Of a DNA stretch of 64,000 nucleotides, positions 19,417 to 29,576 are shown piece after piece. Numbering within the stretch: position 1 is the first letter of the stretch; each line of letters starts with the position of its first letter. Under the pieces are notes generated by a model. The model did no database searches. It saw nothing but the letters and a program-made list of their open reading frames with translations, and was not told the DNA's origin. Source of the stretch: Patescibacteria group bacterium. GTDB taxonomy: Bacteria > Patescibacteriota > Patescibacteriia > XYB2-FULL-38-15. Location of the stretch: the NCBI GenBank assembly GCA_041650995.1, contig JBAZJZ010000003.1:22662-86661 (forward strand), given 5' to 3'. A program made the translations under genes and the position numbers.

Positions 19417-20610
19417 ATGAAAAGAATAATTTTAATTATTTTAGCAATATTGGTTCTTAGTCTTGGCACTTGGTTTGCGGTGTATGGGCTGTCTTCGTAT
19501 CGGGCACAATCGGCGGAACGGGAAAAAACAGAATTTTTAAATAAAGAAATTGAGCAGCTTCTTGATTCACGCCGTGATGGAACAGAAAAAAGCGAACCGG
19601 CCGATCCGTTTGGCGAAGATGGTGTGGCGCGCGTTCTTTTGATCGGGCTTGACCGGAGAACGGGGGATGATAAAGGTCACTGCGACGCGATCCAGCTTAT
19701 TACAATTGATAAAAAAAATCAGAAAGTTTCTATTACTGCCGTGCCGCGCGGAACTTATTCGCCATTGCCGCCGGGCGAGAAACATTTGCCGACGGATTAT
19801 TATGTGTCAAAGGCATGCGAGGTGGGCGGCCTTGAGTATGGTCTCGCGCAAATACAAAAAATTCTCGGGACAAAAGCTGACTATCTTGTCGTCGTTGGAT
19901 TTTCTGAAGCGCTCGGCATTTTTAGAAATCTCGGTCTTCCGACCACGGAGACGCTCCAATGGCTTCGGCAGCGCCAGGGTTATGCTATCGGCGAGCCGCA
20001 GCGGGCGCACAACCATTCCACGTTTATAAAACAGATGATGATCCGGTTTATCCCCAAGAGAAATTCAACCATGAACACGGCGTTAGAATATATTATGTAT
20101 AAGATAGTAAGGACTGATTTAACTTTTGCCGAGACGCAGGCATTAGTTGACACACTTTCCTCCATGGATTTGGAAAAGAATACGGAACGCGTAAGCCTCC
20201 TGATGAAGCCGGCGTATGTTGTGCAGGATATTCCTTACGCGGAGGAATACATTGGCGAATATATTGATAAAATGGTTAAGCCGATTAAAGATCTTCTTCC
20301 GGGGGGCGATTATTCCGGACTGACCGAAGAGGAAGTGCAAACAAAACTTCTGGAAATAATTGATGAAAAGAAAAATGACCCAGAGTTTGTTTCTTGGTCT
20401 TTTGAAAATAATCTTTGGCTTCAGATAGAGGATAAAGAAAAAAGATTAGCAACGCAATATGACCTTCTTGGATTGTATTTGCCGTCCCTTTCCGAAAAAT
20501 CAGAGCGCGAAAGTATTTTAGCCGATTATATTTTGGAAATGGAAAATTATGGTGAAGAAGAGTGGGCAAAGAAGGGTAAAGATCTGCTCGCAAAAGAGCT
20601 CGGCCAATAA
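19417..20610 (+). CDS. LCP (LytR-CpsA-Psr)-like membrane-anchored protein
   Basis: N-terminal TM, VLLIGLD.R, CDAIQLI, ITAVPRGT. Confidence 0.7.
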   Translation: MKRIILIILAILVLSLGTWFAVYGLSSYRAQSAEREKTEFLNKEIEQLLDSRRDGTEKSEPADPFGEDGVARVLLIGLDRRTGDDKGHCDAIQLITIDKKNQKVSITAVPRGTYSPLPPGEKHLPTDYYVSKACEVGGLEYGLAQIQKILGTKADYLVVVGFSEALGIFRNLGLPTTETLQWLRQRQGYAIGEPQRAHNHSTFIKQMMIRFIPKRNSTMNTALEYIMYKIVRTDLTFAETQALVDTLSSMDLEKNTERVSLLMKPAYVVQDIPYAEEYIGEYIDKMVKPIKDLLPGGDYSGLTEEEVQTKLLEIIDEKKNDPEFVSWSFENNLWLQIEDKEKRLATQYDLLGLYLPSLSEKSERESILADYILEMENYGEEEWAKKGKDLLAKELGQ

Positions 20611-20808
20611 CATTTTCCTCTTGGCATTTTAATTGATAGTTTGTATCAAAAAGGGATTTTTTTGATTTATTTTAAGCGACGAAAGTCGTTTTTAGTTTTC
20701 TAAAATTTTATCTTGACAAGAATTTTTTTCAATGATAATTTATTGATATTGTGTTTATGGCGTAAAGTGGGGGAAAGCTCAAGCCGAGGGAAGGAGAGGG
20801 AAGAAAGA

Positions 20809-21072
20809 ATGACGACAAGAACGATTCTCGCTGAGGCCAAGCCGTTGGGGCATCCTTGCGGCCATTGCCGCACTCGCGGAACGTGCGGTTGTGACGTCTG
20901 TGTTCAAGGAGGCGGAGTTTGCGGGGAGTGCGGCGGACTCCGCTACTTCGTTCCTCCAACCACCATTTCCATGGATGAGTTCGATCCTCCACGAGAGGAG
21001 CCTCTTGCCAGAGTGGTCCTCGCCCGGCGGCCGAAGAAGCCACCGTTCGGGAGGAGGGTGGCTCGTCGCTAA
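20809..21072 (+). CDS. small Cys-rich DnaJ-type zinc-finger-like orphan protein (cassette B)
   Basis: CGHCRTRGTCGCDVC..CGECGG, basic tail; purine-rich SD leader; TTGACA at 20713. Confidence 0.65.
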   Translation: MTTRTILAEAKPLGHPCGHCRTRGTCGCDVCVQGGGVCGECGGLRYFVPPTTISMDEFDPPREEPLARVVLARRPKKPPFGRRVARR

Positions 21073-21329
21073 TCAGCGCTTGATGCCGCGATCGCGGTAA
21101 GCGCAGCGCTTAAAGTCGTTTGGAGGAAATCGAAAAGTCCGAAGGGAAACAGACAAAAATTGTCGTGTCGCGCTCTGGTGCTTGCATCAGGGCGTTTTTT
21201 TATTTTTAATTTATAAAAAAACCGCAAGACAGGTGTCTCGCGGCGGACTCTCCTTAATCCCCGTTTTATCTCTCAAGCGGGTTTGCCCTGACTCAAGTGG
21301 TTTCTAGGATTTCTTCTTGAGAAATCCTC

Positions 21330-21575
21330 TTATTTTGGATGGCGCAGGTTGTCCTTCCCGCAAAAGGGGCAATGAGTGACGTTTTCCAGGTAGCCAGACT
21401 GGCCGCCGTCTTCCCGCTTGCTCTCTTCGTAGCCGCAATGCGGACAGACGAGACAGTATTCGTCGACGATACATTGATAGTTGGCGAAATGGCGCTCGGA
21501 ATTCACGTCGCCGACGTAAAGACACTTGCAGTCTTTATGGCACTTCGGACACTTTGGTTTCGTTTCGACCATCAT
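21330..21575 (-). CDS. small zinc-ribbon orphan protein (cassette C)
   Basis: CPKC, CPHC, CPFC; SD GGAGG. Confidence 0.65.
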   Translation of the reverse strand: MMVETKPKCPKCHKDCKCLYVGDVNSERHFANYQCIVDEYCLVCPHCGYEESKREDGGQSGYLENVTHCPFCGKDNLRHPK

Positions 21576-21589
21576 TTTCCCTCCTTTTT

Positions 21590-21895
21590 CTATCTCTTGC
21601 CCTTGGGGTAAATGTAGCCCCGGTTGCCGTTCGGCAGGACGAAAGAGACTGTTCCGTCGTCCGTTTTTTTGATTAGCAGGTTTTTTCCCAGAGTGAAGTT
21701 TGAGTTGGGAAGATTTTTCCAGGGTCCGCGTTCGGCCGCGAATTGGCGGGCGAAATTCGCGAGCGTGAAGTGGACGAGAATGCCTTCCGGAAAAACCTGC
21801 GTGATGGTTCCCCGGAAAGTGAATCCGTCAGTCTGACAGGTTATCATCACCCGGCCGCAAAGGCCACTTCGGTCAATCAGTTCTCCGAGTGTCAT
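21590..21895 (-). CDS. orphan protein (cassette C)
   Basis: AAGGAGG SD before ATG 21895; TTGACA at 21960 on the minus strand. Confidence 0.6.
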   Translation of the reverse strand: MTLGELIDRSGLCGRVMITCQTDGFTFRGTITQVFPEGILVHFTLANFARQFAAERGPWKNLPNSNFTLGKNLLIKKTDDGTVSFVLPNGNRGYIYPKGKR

Positions 21896-22003
21896 TGGTT
21901 CCTCCTTTACCAAAAGGCCCTTGATCAATATATTTAAGTTCAAATTTTTTAAAATGTCAAGGGATCGCGTCCGGCGCGCTATTTCGTGATATAATAAAAA
22001 CGT

Positions 22004-22029
22004 TGTTACCTTTTAAATTTTAAAACGTA
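22004..22029 (+). promoter_or_regulatory. putative ECF-type promoter TGTTAC-N16-CGTA
   Basis: spacing and -10 match the SigW-type TGAAAC-N16-CGTA; directly upstream of the ECF gene. Confidence 0.45.
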
Positions 22030-22065
22030 GATAAGAATAGAAGCTTCTTTAATTCCGGAATTAAT

Positions 22066-22632
22066 ATGGATCCAAACCAAGAAAAACAAATCATTAAAGC
22101 CTGCCAAGCCGGAAATTTTGAGGGTTTTGGTGAGCTCTACGAAGTGTACGTTAAAAAAATATACAGCTTTGTTTTTTACAAAACATATCATAAAGAAACG
22201 GCCGAAGATATTGTCTCGATAGTTTTTATGAAAGCTCTGGAAAATATCGGCTCCTATAAACCCGGCCGCGGGAGTTTTTCCGCCTGGCTTTACGGCATCG
22301 CTCGCCACGCCGTGGTTGATCATTTTCGTGCTGTCCGCCCGAGCGTTAACATTGAAGACGTTTGGGATTTGGCTGATGAGCAAAATTTAGAAATAGATCT
22401 TGACGCACGGGAAAAACTCAATGAAGTAAAAAAATATTTGGCAAAATTCAAGCCAACGCACCGCGAAATTATAATGATGCGTCTTTGGCAGGGATTGTCT
22501 TATCGGGAGATTTCAGAAATTATCGGATTCTCCGAGGCAAATTGCAAAATGATTTTTTCTCGCGAGATGGCAAAGCTTCGGGAGGAAATGGGAATAGTCG
22601 CGTTTTTACTTTTTATGTTTTTAAATATTTAA
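22066..22632 (+). CDS. ECF RNA polymerase sigma factor
   Basis: region 2 (AEDIVSIVFMKA, FSAWLYGIARH) and region 4 (GLSYREISEI). Confidence 0.93.
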   Translation: MDPNQEKQIIKACQAGNFEGFGELYEVYVKKIYSFVFYKTYHKETAEDIVSIVFMKALENIGSYKPGRGSFSAWLYGIARHAVVDHFRAVRPSVNIEDVWDLADEQNLEIDLDAREKLNEVKKYLAKFKPTHREIIMMRLWQGLSYREISEIIGFSEANCKMIFSREMAKLREEMGIVAFLLFMFLNI

Positions 22633-22645
22633 TCTTAAAAAATAT

Positions 22646-24283
22646 ATGGAAAACTTAATCAAAGAAATAATGGACGAGTTATTTGCCATTGACCCGAGTT
22701 TGAAAAAATATCAAAAAGAATTGGAGGCGGCTACGGCTAAAATGATAGCCAACAAACCCGATGATAGGTTTGATGAAAATTTTCGGCAGGAATTGAAAAT
22801 GAAATTGCTCGCGCGGGCTGAAGAATTGGAAAAAGGAGAAAAAGTAAAATTTTCATTTTGGCGAAGTTTAAAATTTTGGCGGGGTTTTTCTTTGGCCGCG
22901 GTCGTGGCAGCGCTTGCCTTAATTGTCGTAATACCCGCGATTCAAAACGGTCAGTTTAGTTTATTTAATTTTAAAAGCGGCAGTCCGCTGTCTTTAATTT
23001 CCGGGACAATGAATATTGAAGAGGCGGGTGAGCGAGCTTTTGGCGATCTTGCTTCTTCCAGCCAGGCTTTAACTAATTTAGAATTAGGAGATTCATCAGA
23101 CGCTTATTATAGCGCGCCCACGCCCGCCGCCGCGCCGAAAACACAGTCTTCAACTTCGCGCGAAGAAATTCTCGCGCGTGAAGTTTCGGGGCTTGGTGGA
23201 GGTAGCGGAACGAACGCCGCCGCGCCGGACGTAAAAATGTTGCCACCCGAGTACGCGACAAAATATAATTATGTTTACATTGGCGAAGATTTTTCTTTCA
23301 CGGAAGAGAGTGTGGCCGTCTTAAAACGTCTTAAAAGTTATGGCAGTGAAAATCTCAGTTCGGTTTTAAACAATTTAAGCTTTGGACTTTTTGACGCGAG
23401 CAAATTAAGAAATGTTAAAGTTCAATCAATGTCTATTGCCGAGGATCGCGACGGGGGATACGTGGTAGATTTTAATCCTTATGAGGGCACGATTTCTTTT
23501 TACGAAAATTGGCAAAAAATAATGCCGGTTAATTATGAAACCCAGCCGCGACTTCGAGAGTCTGATGTTCCGACAGACGAAAAATTAATTGAGACAGCCA
23601 ATGATTTTTTGTCGCGCTTTGGAATTGACCGCGGAAATTATGGCACGCCAATTGTCGGCCAAAGCTGGAAATTGGGTTATGCCAATGTCCGGGACGAAGA
23701 TATTTGGATTCCTGACACGATGACCGTGCAATATCCGTTGCTCTTGGGCGGGAAGGAAGCTTGGGAGCAGGGCGGTTACGACCGAGCCGGATTTTCCGTT
23801 AACGTAAATATCAGAACAATGAAAGTCACGGGTCTTTACGGACTTACAACACAAAATTATCAAAGTTCAAATTACGCCGCGGAAACTGATAAAAATCGTC
23901 TCTTAAAATTCGCGCTGCAGGGAGATCTTTGGCCGCAGCCAACATATCCGGAAGAAAATTTTAAAGTGAAAGAAGTGGAAATAAAACTTGGCACGCCGAG
24001 CGTGCAATATATGAGATATTGGAAATATGAAGGAAATCAAAGCAGCGAACTTTTTCTTCCGGCTTTGGTTTTCCCGGTAATTGACAAGAGCCAGGCTGAC
24101 GAATATTTTACAAAAAAAGTGGTGGTAGTTCCGCTCGTTCGGGAAATTTTGGATAGCGCGGAAAGAGAAAACACCATTACGCCACCAGCAATTTTAGAAT
24201 ATAGAAAAGACATGGGGTCATCTTCATCTCAGATTTTAACTCCTACTCAGGAGCCCTTGCCGCCAGAGAAGGTTCAGAATTAA
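22646..24283 (+). CDS. membrane-anchored protein, putative anti-sigma factor
   Basis: 13 nt after the ECF gene; cytoplasmic N-terminus, one TM, large extracellular domain. Confidence 0.6.
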   Translation: MENLIKEIMDELFAIDPSLKKYQKELEAATAKMIANKPDDRFDENFRQELKMKLLARAEELEKGEKVKFSFWRSLKFWRGFSLAAVVAALALIVVIPAIQNGQFSLFNFKSGSPLSLISGTMNIEEAGERAFGDLASSSQALTNLELGDSSDAYYSAPTPAAAPKTQSSTSREEILAREVSGLGGGSGTNAAAPDVKMLPPEYATKYNYVYIGEDFSFTEESVAVLKRLKSYGSENLSSVLNNLSFGLFDASKLRNVKVQSMSIAEDRDGGYVVDFNPYEGTISFYENWQKIMPVNYETQPRLRESDVPTDEKLIETANDFLSRFGIDRGNYGTPIVGQSWKLGYANVRDEDIWIPDTMTVQYPLLLGGKEAWEQGGYDRAGFSVNVNIRTMKVTGLYGLTTQNYQSSNYAAETDKNRLLKFALQGDLWPQPTYPEENFKVKEVEIKLGTPSVQYMRYWKYEGNQSSELFLPALVFPVIDKSQADEYFTKKVVVVPLVREILDSAERENTITPPAILEYRKDMGSSSSQILTPTQEPLPPEKVQN

Positions 24284-24483
24284 AAATTAAAAAAGAAAAA
24301 TATAGGCGCGGGGCCCCAACCCCGCGCTTTATTATTTAGATAAACTCCAGCCCCAATTTTGCAACTAATTTAGTTTTGTAGATAATTTTTTTTGCCAAGG
24401 ACGGATCTAAAATTTAAATAAATAAAAAAAGAGGGACGCGCGGGGCGATCCCTCTGGAGCGGTTTCACGCTCGGTTGTCGGGA

Positions 24484-24816
24484 TTAGTTTGTCTCTTCCG
24501 GCTGGCAGGCGCCAAGCGGCGTGCCGAAGAGCTTCGTGGCGAACGGCCCGGCCGCGATGATGCTTCGCTGCCTCTTCTCGGCATGGCTCTGGAGAGCCGT
24601 CTCGAGATGAGCCTTGAGGCCGATCTGTTCGTCCGCGGAGACTTGCATCACCGCGGCCAGACTGGCCAAAGCGCCAAGGCAGATCTCCCTGTCTGCCGGC
24701 AGCAGGTCTGTCGTGCCCATCATGATGTCGCCCTTCGCGATGGAAAAGAAGCAGCTCTGGCCGTCTTTTGTGAAAGTGATGACCAGGCTGTGCACCATGA
24801 GTTTGAAAGCACCCAT
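24484..24816 (-). CDS. orphan protein, paralog 3 of a tandem triplet (cassette D)
   Basis: SD AGGAGG; aligns without gaps to the two neighbours. Confidence 0.7.
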   Translation of the reverse strand: MGAFKLMVHSLVITFTKDGQSCFFSIAKGDIMMGTTDLLPADREICLGALASLAAVMQVSADEQIGLKAHLETALQSHAEKRQRSIIAAGPFATKLFGTPLGACQPEETN

Positions 24817-24845
24817 CTTTCCTCCTTCCTTTTCGCGAGTAGTTG

Positions 24846-25175
24846 CTAGTTCAACTGCTGCGCGGCCTCGGTGCGCAGGATGTCGTTGATGATCTTTTCC
24901 GTGAAGAAGTCGCGTCCGACAGCGACCATCGGTCGCGTAGCTCTCTCGTACTCATCGAAAGCCGCGTTCAGTTGGTCCTTGAGCTTGGCGCATTCGGGCT
25001 CTGGGATTTGCTCCAGGTAAGCCACGAACTTTAGGGCCGCAAGGCAGGATCTCCTGGTCGGCCACATGAAAGGAACAGCCGCGAGCTCGACCCTATCCTT
25101 CAGGATGGCGAACGAGCCGTAACAGCAGCCGACGCCGAAGTTGAATTCCAAGGTGTAGGTTGCCTTGTTCTTCAT
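24846..25175 (-). CDS. orphan protein, paralog 2 of a tandem triplet
   Basis: SD GGAGG; shares conserved L, K, C, L, E, L positions. Confidence 0.7.
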   Translation of the reverse strand: MKNKATYTLEFNFGVGCCYGSFAILKDRVELAAVPFMWPTRRSCLAALKFVAYLEQIPEPECAKLKDQLNAAFDEYERATRPMVAVGRDFFTEKIINDILRTEAAQQLN

Positions 25176-25244
25176 TTTTTAACCCTCCCTCTTTGGTCCG
25201 TCCGAGCCTTTCGCGCGGGCGGCCTGATTCCAAGAACCCAAACT

Positions 25245-25517
25245 TTACGGTTGACGTGTCTCGGCGTCGTGTTTTCGGAAAGCTTCCTCCAGCTGTGCAC
25301 GGAGATTATTCTGCTCCTCCTCCGGGACACCGTTTGACACAGCCAGGTTTTCCAGGACGCGAAAGCAGGTTTCCTGGTCTGCTTTGACCGGCGGCGCGAT
25401 CGCAACCAAGATCTCGCCTTTCTGAACGATGAGAAAGCACGTCGAGTCGCCGTTCATCCAACTCACCGCCAAGGCATACCTCATGAGCTTTGCATCCATT
25501 TTCCCCATTCCCTCCAA
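25245..25517 (-). CDS. orphan protein, paralog 1 of a tandem triplet
   Basis: TTGACA promoter near 25573 on the minus strand; exact start uncertain. Confidence 0.7.
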   Translation of the reverse strand: MEGMGKMDAKLMRYALAVSWMNGDSTCFLIVQKGEILVAIAPPVKADQETCFRVLENLAVSNGVPEEEQNNLRAQLEEAFRKHDAETRQP

Positions 25518-25646
25518 CCCTCGCTCGTTTGAGAGTACATTATTTTATATCATTTTTATCAGAGAATTGTCAAGAGGCAGGGGGTTTACTTTAAAGAGAT
25601 TTTCTGGGATAATTGGGGAAAGATTTGTTAATTTATTTTATAAAAT

Positions 25647-28600
25647 ATGAATGGTCAATTCGTGAAAGAATTTGTCTCCACAATTTCGGAAAAATATAAA
25701 ACCGGTCAGGCAAAAGAGATGGCCTATCGGCCGGCGCTTGAAAAACTATTTCAAGATATTACCGGCTTGAATGTGATAAACGACCCCAAGCGGAGCGAAT
25801 ACGGCGCGCCGGACTTTGTTTTTATAAAAGGTAAGATTGCCGCCGCTTATGCCGAAGCCAAAGACCTGGGTGTGTCGCTTGACGAAACGGAAAAGGGCGA
25901 GCAGATGGCACGTTATTTTGGTTATCCGAATTTAATTTTGACAAATTGTTTGGAGTTTAGGTTTTTTAGAAATGGAGAAAAATATGAAACCGTAAAAATT
26001 GCTGAAATAAAAAATAGCGAAATCGCGTCGGTTGAAGATAGTTTTAATCTTTTGGAAGATACACTCTTGGCATTTATCAAAGAAGCCAAAGAGCCGATTA
26101 AGTCCGGTGTTGTTCTCGCCAAAGTGATGGCCGGCCAGGCGCGGCGCATTCGCGACAATATCAAAAAATATTTAAAAGAGGGCGACGAAAAGAAAAATGA
26201 AAGTTTGATTGCCGTTTATAATACTATTAAAAAATTATTACTCGCCGATTTGGATCACGAAAAATTTGCCGATATGTACGCCCAGACAGTTGTCTACGGT
26301 TTATTCGCGGCTCGCTATCATGATAAAACGGCAGACACTTTTTCTCGTGGAGAGGCGCGCGATTTGGTGCCAAAATCCAACCCATTTTTACGTAAATTTT
26401 TTGACCACATTGCCGGAGAAGATTTTGACGAGCGCGTAGAGTTTATTGTCAATGAACTCTGCGAAGAATTTAAGCACGCCGATATTCAGGCGATCGTGCA
26501 TGATTATTACAAAGTGGAAAAGGACGACAGCCGCGACCCGATTGTTCATTTTTACGAAGATTTTTTGCAGGAGTATGATGCGGCCGAACGAAAAAAGATG
26601 GGAGTTTTTTATACCCCCTTGCCGGTGGTGTGTTTTATTGTTCGCGCGATTGATGATGTTTTGAAAAAAGAATTTGGTCTAAACGGTTTGGCTGATACTT
26701 CCAGAACGGAAATAAAAGGGTTGCAGGGAATGAAGGCAAAACAGTCGGTTCACAAAGTTCAAATACTTGATCCGGCGACCGGTACCGGCACATTTTTAAA
26801 CGAAGTGATTTTGCAAATTAAAAAATCATTTGTCGGACAAGAGGGCCGATGGTCAAGTTATGTTCGTGATGATTTACTGCCGCGGTTGCACGGATTTGAA
26901 ATAATGATGGCGCCGTACACCATCGCCCATCTTAAACTTTCCACGCTTTTGAAAGAAACTGGAGTGGATATAAAAGACGAACGTATAGAAATTTACCTCA
27001 CTAATTCTCTGGAAAAAGCGGATAAATATGATGATACGCTTTTTGCCGGTTTAGGTTTTGATAAAGCTATCACGGAAGAATCTCGTTTAGCCGGAAAAGT
27101 TAAAAATGATTTGCCAATAATGGTAGTGCTCGGCAATCCGCCGTACAATGTCAGCTCACAAAATAAAGGCGAATGGATCGGCGAGTTGATAAAAGATTAT
27201 AAAAAAGATCTGGATGAAAGGAATATACAACCTTTATCCGATGATTATATTAAATTTATCCGCTTCGCCCAATATCTTGTAGACAAAAATGGCGAGGGAA
27301 TTATTGGGATGATTACCAACAATTCTTACATTGACGGAATTACCCATCGCCAAATGCGTAAAAATCTTTTGGAAACTTTTGATAGTATTTATATTTTGGA
27401 TTTGCACGGCAATGCTAAGAAAAAAGAAACCGCGCCCGACGGCAGCGTTGATCAAAATGTATTTAGTATAATGCAAGGCGTGTCCATCGCGCTGTTTGTC
27501 AAAAAAGCAGGCAAGAAAAAATCACTCGGCACGGTTTATCACGCTGAATTATTTGGAAAGCAAAAAGACAAATACGAGGCGTTGAATAATTTTGATTTTG
27601 AAAAGATGAAATGGAATAAGATTGATTGCAAGGATCCGTATTACTTTTTTGTGCCAAAGGATTTTAGAGCAGAGGATGAGTATAAAGAGGGGATCAGCGT
27701 AACTAATTTATTTCAAAAATGGGCTTCGGGAGTTGCTACTGCGAAAGATGACCTGATAATAAAATTTTCAGTCGATGAGATCAAGGAGCTTCGCGCCAGT
27801 TTTAGTAGATATTCAGATCAAGAGATAGCGCAGAAATACCAAGTCGACCAGAAAAAGGTTGTTCAAGTCAGAAAGGATATGGATAACGTTATTGGCGAAT
27901 ACACCCCTATTTTATATCGACCATTTGACACAAGATATACCCTTTACTCTCCGAACAGTGAAGGCGTGTTTCAAAGACCAAGGCCAGAAATAATGAAGCA
28001 CTTGTTAAAAGACAATTTGGCAATTTTAACATGTAAACAACAGACTAGTTTTGATTTTCAGCATGTATTTTTGTCAGCGACAATTACAGATCGATGTGGT
28101 GTTTCATTACAAACCGGTGAAGTCGGATATGTTTTCCCTCTTTATCTTTATGCCGACGACGGATCAAAAATTCCGAATCTCAAAAAAGAAATTGTGGCTG
28201 AAATAGAAAAAATTGTCGGCAAGGTGACGCCGGAAAATGTTTTGGATTATATCTACGCCGTTTTGCACTCGCCGAGTTATCGCGAAAAATATAAAGAATT
28301 TTTGAAGATAGATTTTCCGCGGGTGCCGTATCCGAAAAATGAAAAGCGATTTTTCGCGTTGGCAAAATTGGGCGAGGAGTTGAGGCATCTGCATTTGTTG
28401 GAAAGTTCGAAGGTTGAAAAATTTATTACCACTTATCCCGAGGCAGGGGATAATTTGGTGGAAAAAGTTGTCTATAAAGATGGAAAAGTTTATATTAATG
28501 CTTCGCAATATTTCGGTGGCGTGCCGGAAATCGCCTGGAACTTTTCCATCGGCGGCTATCAGCCGGCGCAGAAATGGTTGAAAGATCGCAAAGGCCGCAA

Positions 28601-28697
28601 ACTCTCCAACGCCGACATTGAACATTATCAAAAAATTGTTGTGGCGTTGGTGGAGACGGATAAACTTATGAGAGGAATTGATAAAGTTAATAAATAA
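25647..28697 (+). CDS. type IIG-like restriction-modification enzyme (PD-(D/E)xK nuclease + N6-adenine MTase + ISP-type specificity domain)
   Basis: APDF..AEAK, GVFYTP, DPATGTGTFL, GNPPY, YRPFD, IGGYQPAQKWLKDRKG. Confidence 0.9.
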   Translation: MNGQFVKEFVSTISEKYKTGQAKEMAYRPALEKLFQDITGLNVINDPKRSEYGAPDFVFIKGKIAAAYAEAKDLGVSLDETEKGEQMARYFGYPNLILTNCLEFRFFRNGEKYETVKIAEIKNSEIASVEDSFNLLEDTLLAFIKEAKEPIKSGVVLAKVMAGQARRIRDNIKKYLKEGDEKKNESLIAVYNTIKKLLLADLDHEKFADMYAQTVVYGLFAARYHDKTADTFSRGEARDLVPKSNPFLRKFFDHIAGEDFDERVEFIVNELCEEFKHADIQAIVHDYYKVEKDDSRDPIVHFYEDFLQEYDAAERKKMGVFYTPLPVVCFIVRAIDDVLKKEFGLNGLADTSRTEIKGLQGMKAKQSVHKVQILDPATGTGTFLNEVILQIKKSFVGQEGRWSSYVRDDLLPRLHGFEIMMAPYTIAHLKLSTLLKETGVDIKDERIEIYLTNSLEKADKYDDTLFAGLGFDKAITEESRLAGKVKNDLPIMVVLGNPPYNVSSQNKGEWIGELIKDYKKDLDERNIQPLSDDYIKFIRFAQYLVDKNGEGIIGMITNNSYIDGITHRQMRKNLLETFDSIYILDLHGNAKKKETAPDGSVDQNVFSIMQGVSIALFVKKAGKKKSLGTVYHAELFGKQKDKYEALNNFDFEKMKWNKIDCKDPYYFFVPKDFRAEDEYKEGISVTNLFQKWASGVATAKDDLIIKFSVDEIKELRASFSRYSDQEIAQKYQVDQKKVVQVRKDMDNVIGEYTPILYRPFDTRYTLYSPNSEGVFQRPRPEIMKHLLKDNLAILTCKQQTSFDFQHVFLSATITDRCGVSLQTGEVGYVFPLYLYADDGSKIPNLKKEIVAEIEKIVGKVTPENVLDYIYAVLHSPSYREKYKEFLKIDFPRVPYPKNEKRFFALAKLGEELRHLHLLESSKVEKFITTYPEAGDNLVEKVVYKDGKVYINASQYFGGVPEIAWNFSIGGYQPAQKWLKDRKGRKLSNADIEHYQKIVVALVETDKLMRGIDKVNK

Positions 28698-28715
28698 TTT
28701 TTTAAAAGTTATTAT

Positions 28716-29549
28716 ATGTGGAGGGTTAAACCGCATACAAGAGAAAAATTGGAATATTTCAGAAAGTATATCGAAGCATATACAACCGCAACTAAAAAAC
28801 TACCTTTGAAATATTATATTGATGCTTTCGCCGGAACAGGAAAGTGTGTCCTCTGCGGTGAAAAATGCAGTTCGGAGGGGTGGTCAAGATGTGAAAAGTG
28901 TGGCAGAGGTAATTTAATTGATGGATCGGCATTGATTTCCTTAAAAATAAAAAATAAATTTAATGGTTATTTATTTGTTGAGCTAAATAAAAAAAGTTTT
29001 AAAATTTTGAATAATTTAGTGATTTCTGAAAAAAGTAATGTCTCTCCATCCATTTCAGTGAAAACACGCAATGATGATTCGAATAAACTACTAAAAGATT
29101 TGTATAAATATATACCTTCTCGGGCTGGCTGTTTGGTATTTCTAGATCCGAAGGGCGCCGAGCTTTATTGGGAAACCGTTGTCTCCTTATCAAAGATTAG
29201 AAAAGTAGACATCCTCATTTTGTATCCTTATGACATGTCTCTTGTAAGATTAATCAGAGATTATCCAAAAAAATTAGATCTTTTTTATGGCTCTACGGAT
29301 TGGTCGAATGTTTATAACTCGAAAGATAATTATAATGAGAAGAGAAGGAAAGAAGCGTTATTAAGTTTTTATAGGGAAAATTTAAAAAAATTAGGATTTG
29401 AGTACGTTGTCTATAAACAGATAAGAAGAAATTTAAGATCTGGCAAGGCTCTTTATCATTTAATTTTGGTGACACATAGCTCCATCGGCAAAAAAATTAT
29501 GGAGAATATCTTTGATAAAGAGATAGATGGGCAGACAAAGCTTTGCTAG
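28716..29549 (+). CDS. tcmP: three-Cys-motif partner protein TcmP (SAM-MTase-like)
   Basis: PHTREKLEYF..Y, YIDAFAGTG, GSALI, FLDPKG, LYHLI. Confidence 0.82.
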   Translation: MWRVKPHTREKLEYFRKYIEAYTTATKKLPLKYYIDAFAGTGKCVLCGEKCSSEGWSRCEKCGRGNLIDGSALISLKIKNKFNGYLFVELNKKSFKILNNLVISEKSNVSPSISVKTRNDDSNKLLKDLYKYIPSRAGCLVFLDPKGAELYWETVVSLSKIRKVDILILYPYDMSLVRLIRDYPKKLDLFYGSTDWSNVYNSKDNYNEKRRKEALLSFYRENLKKLGFEYVVYKQIRRNLRSGKALYHLILVTHSSIGKKIMENIFDKEIDGQTKLC

Positions 29550-29576
29550 AGTGGTTTTTGTTGTTATAATATAAGT

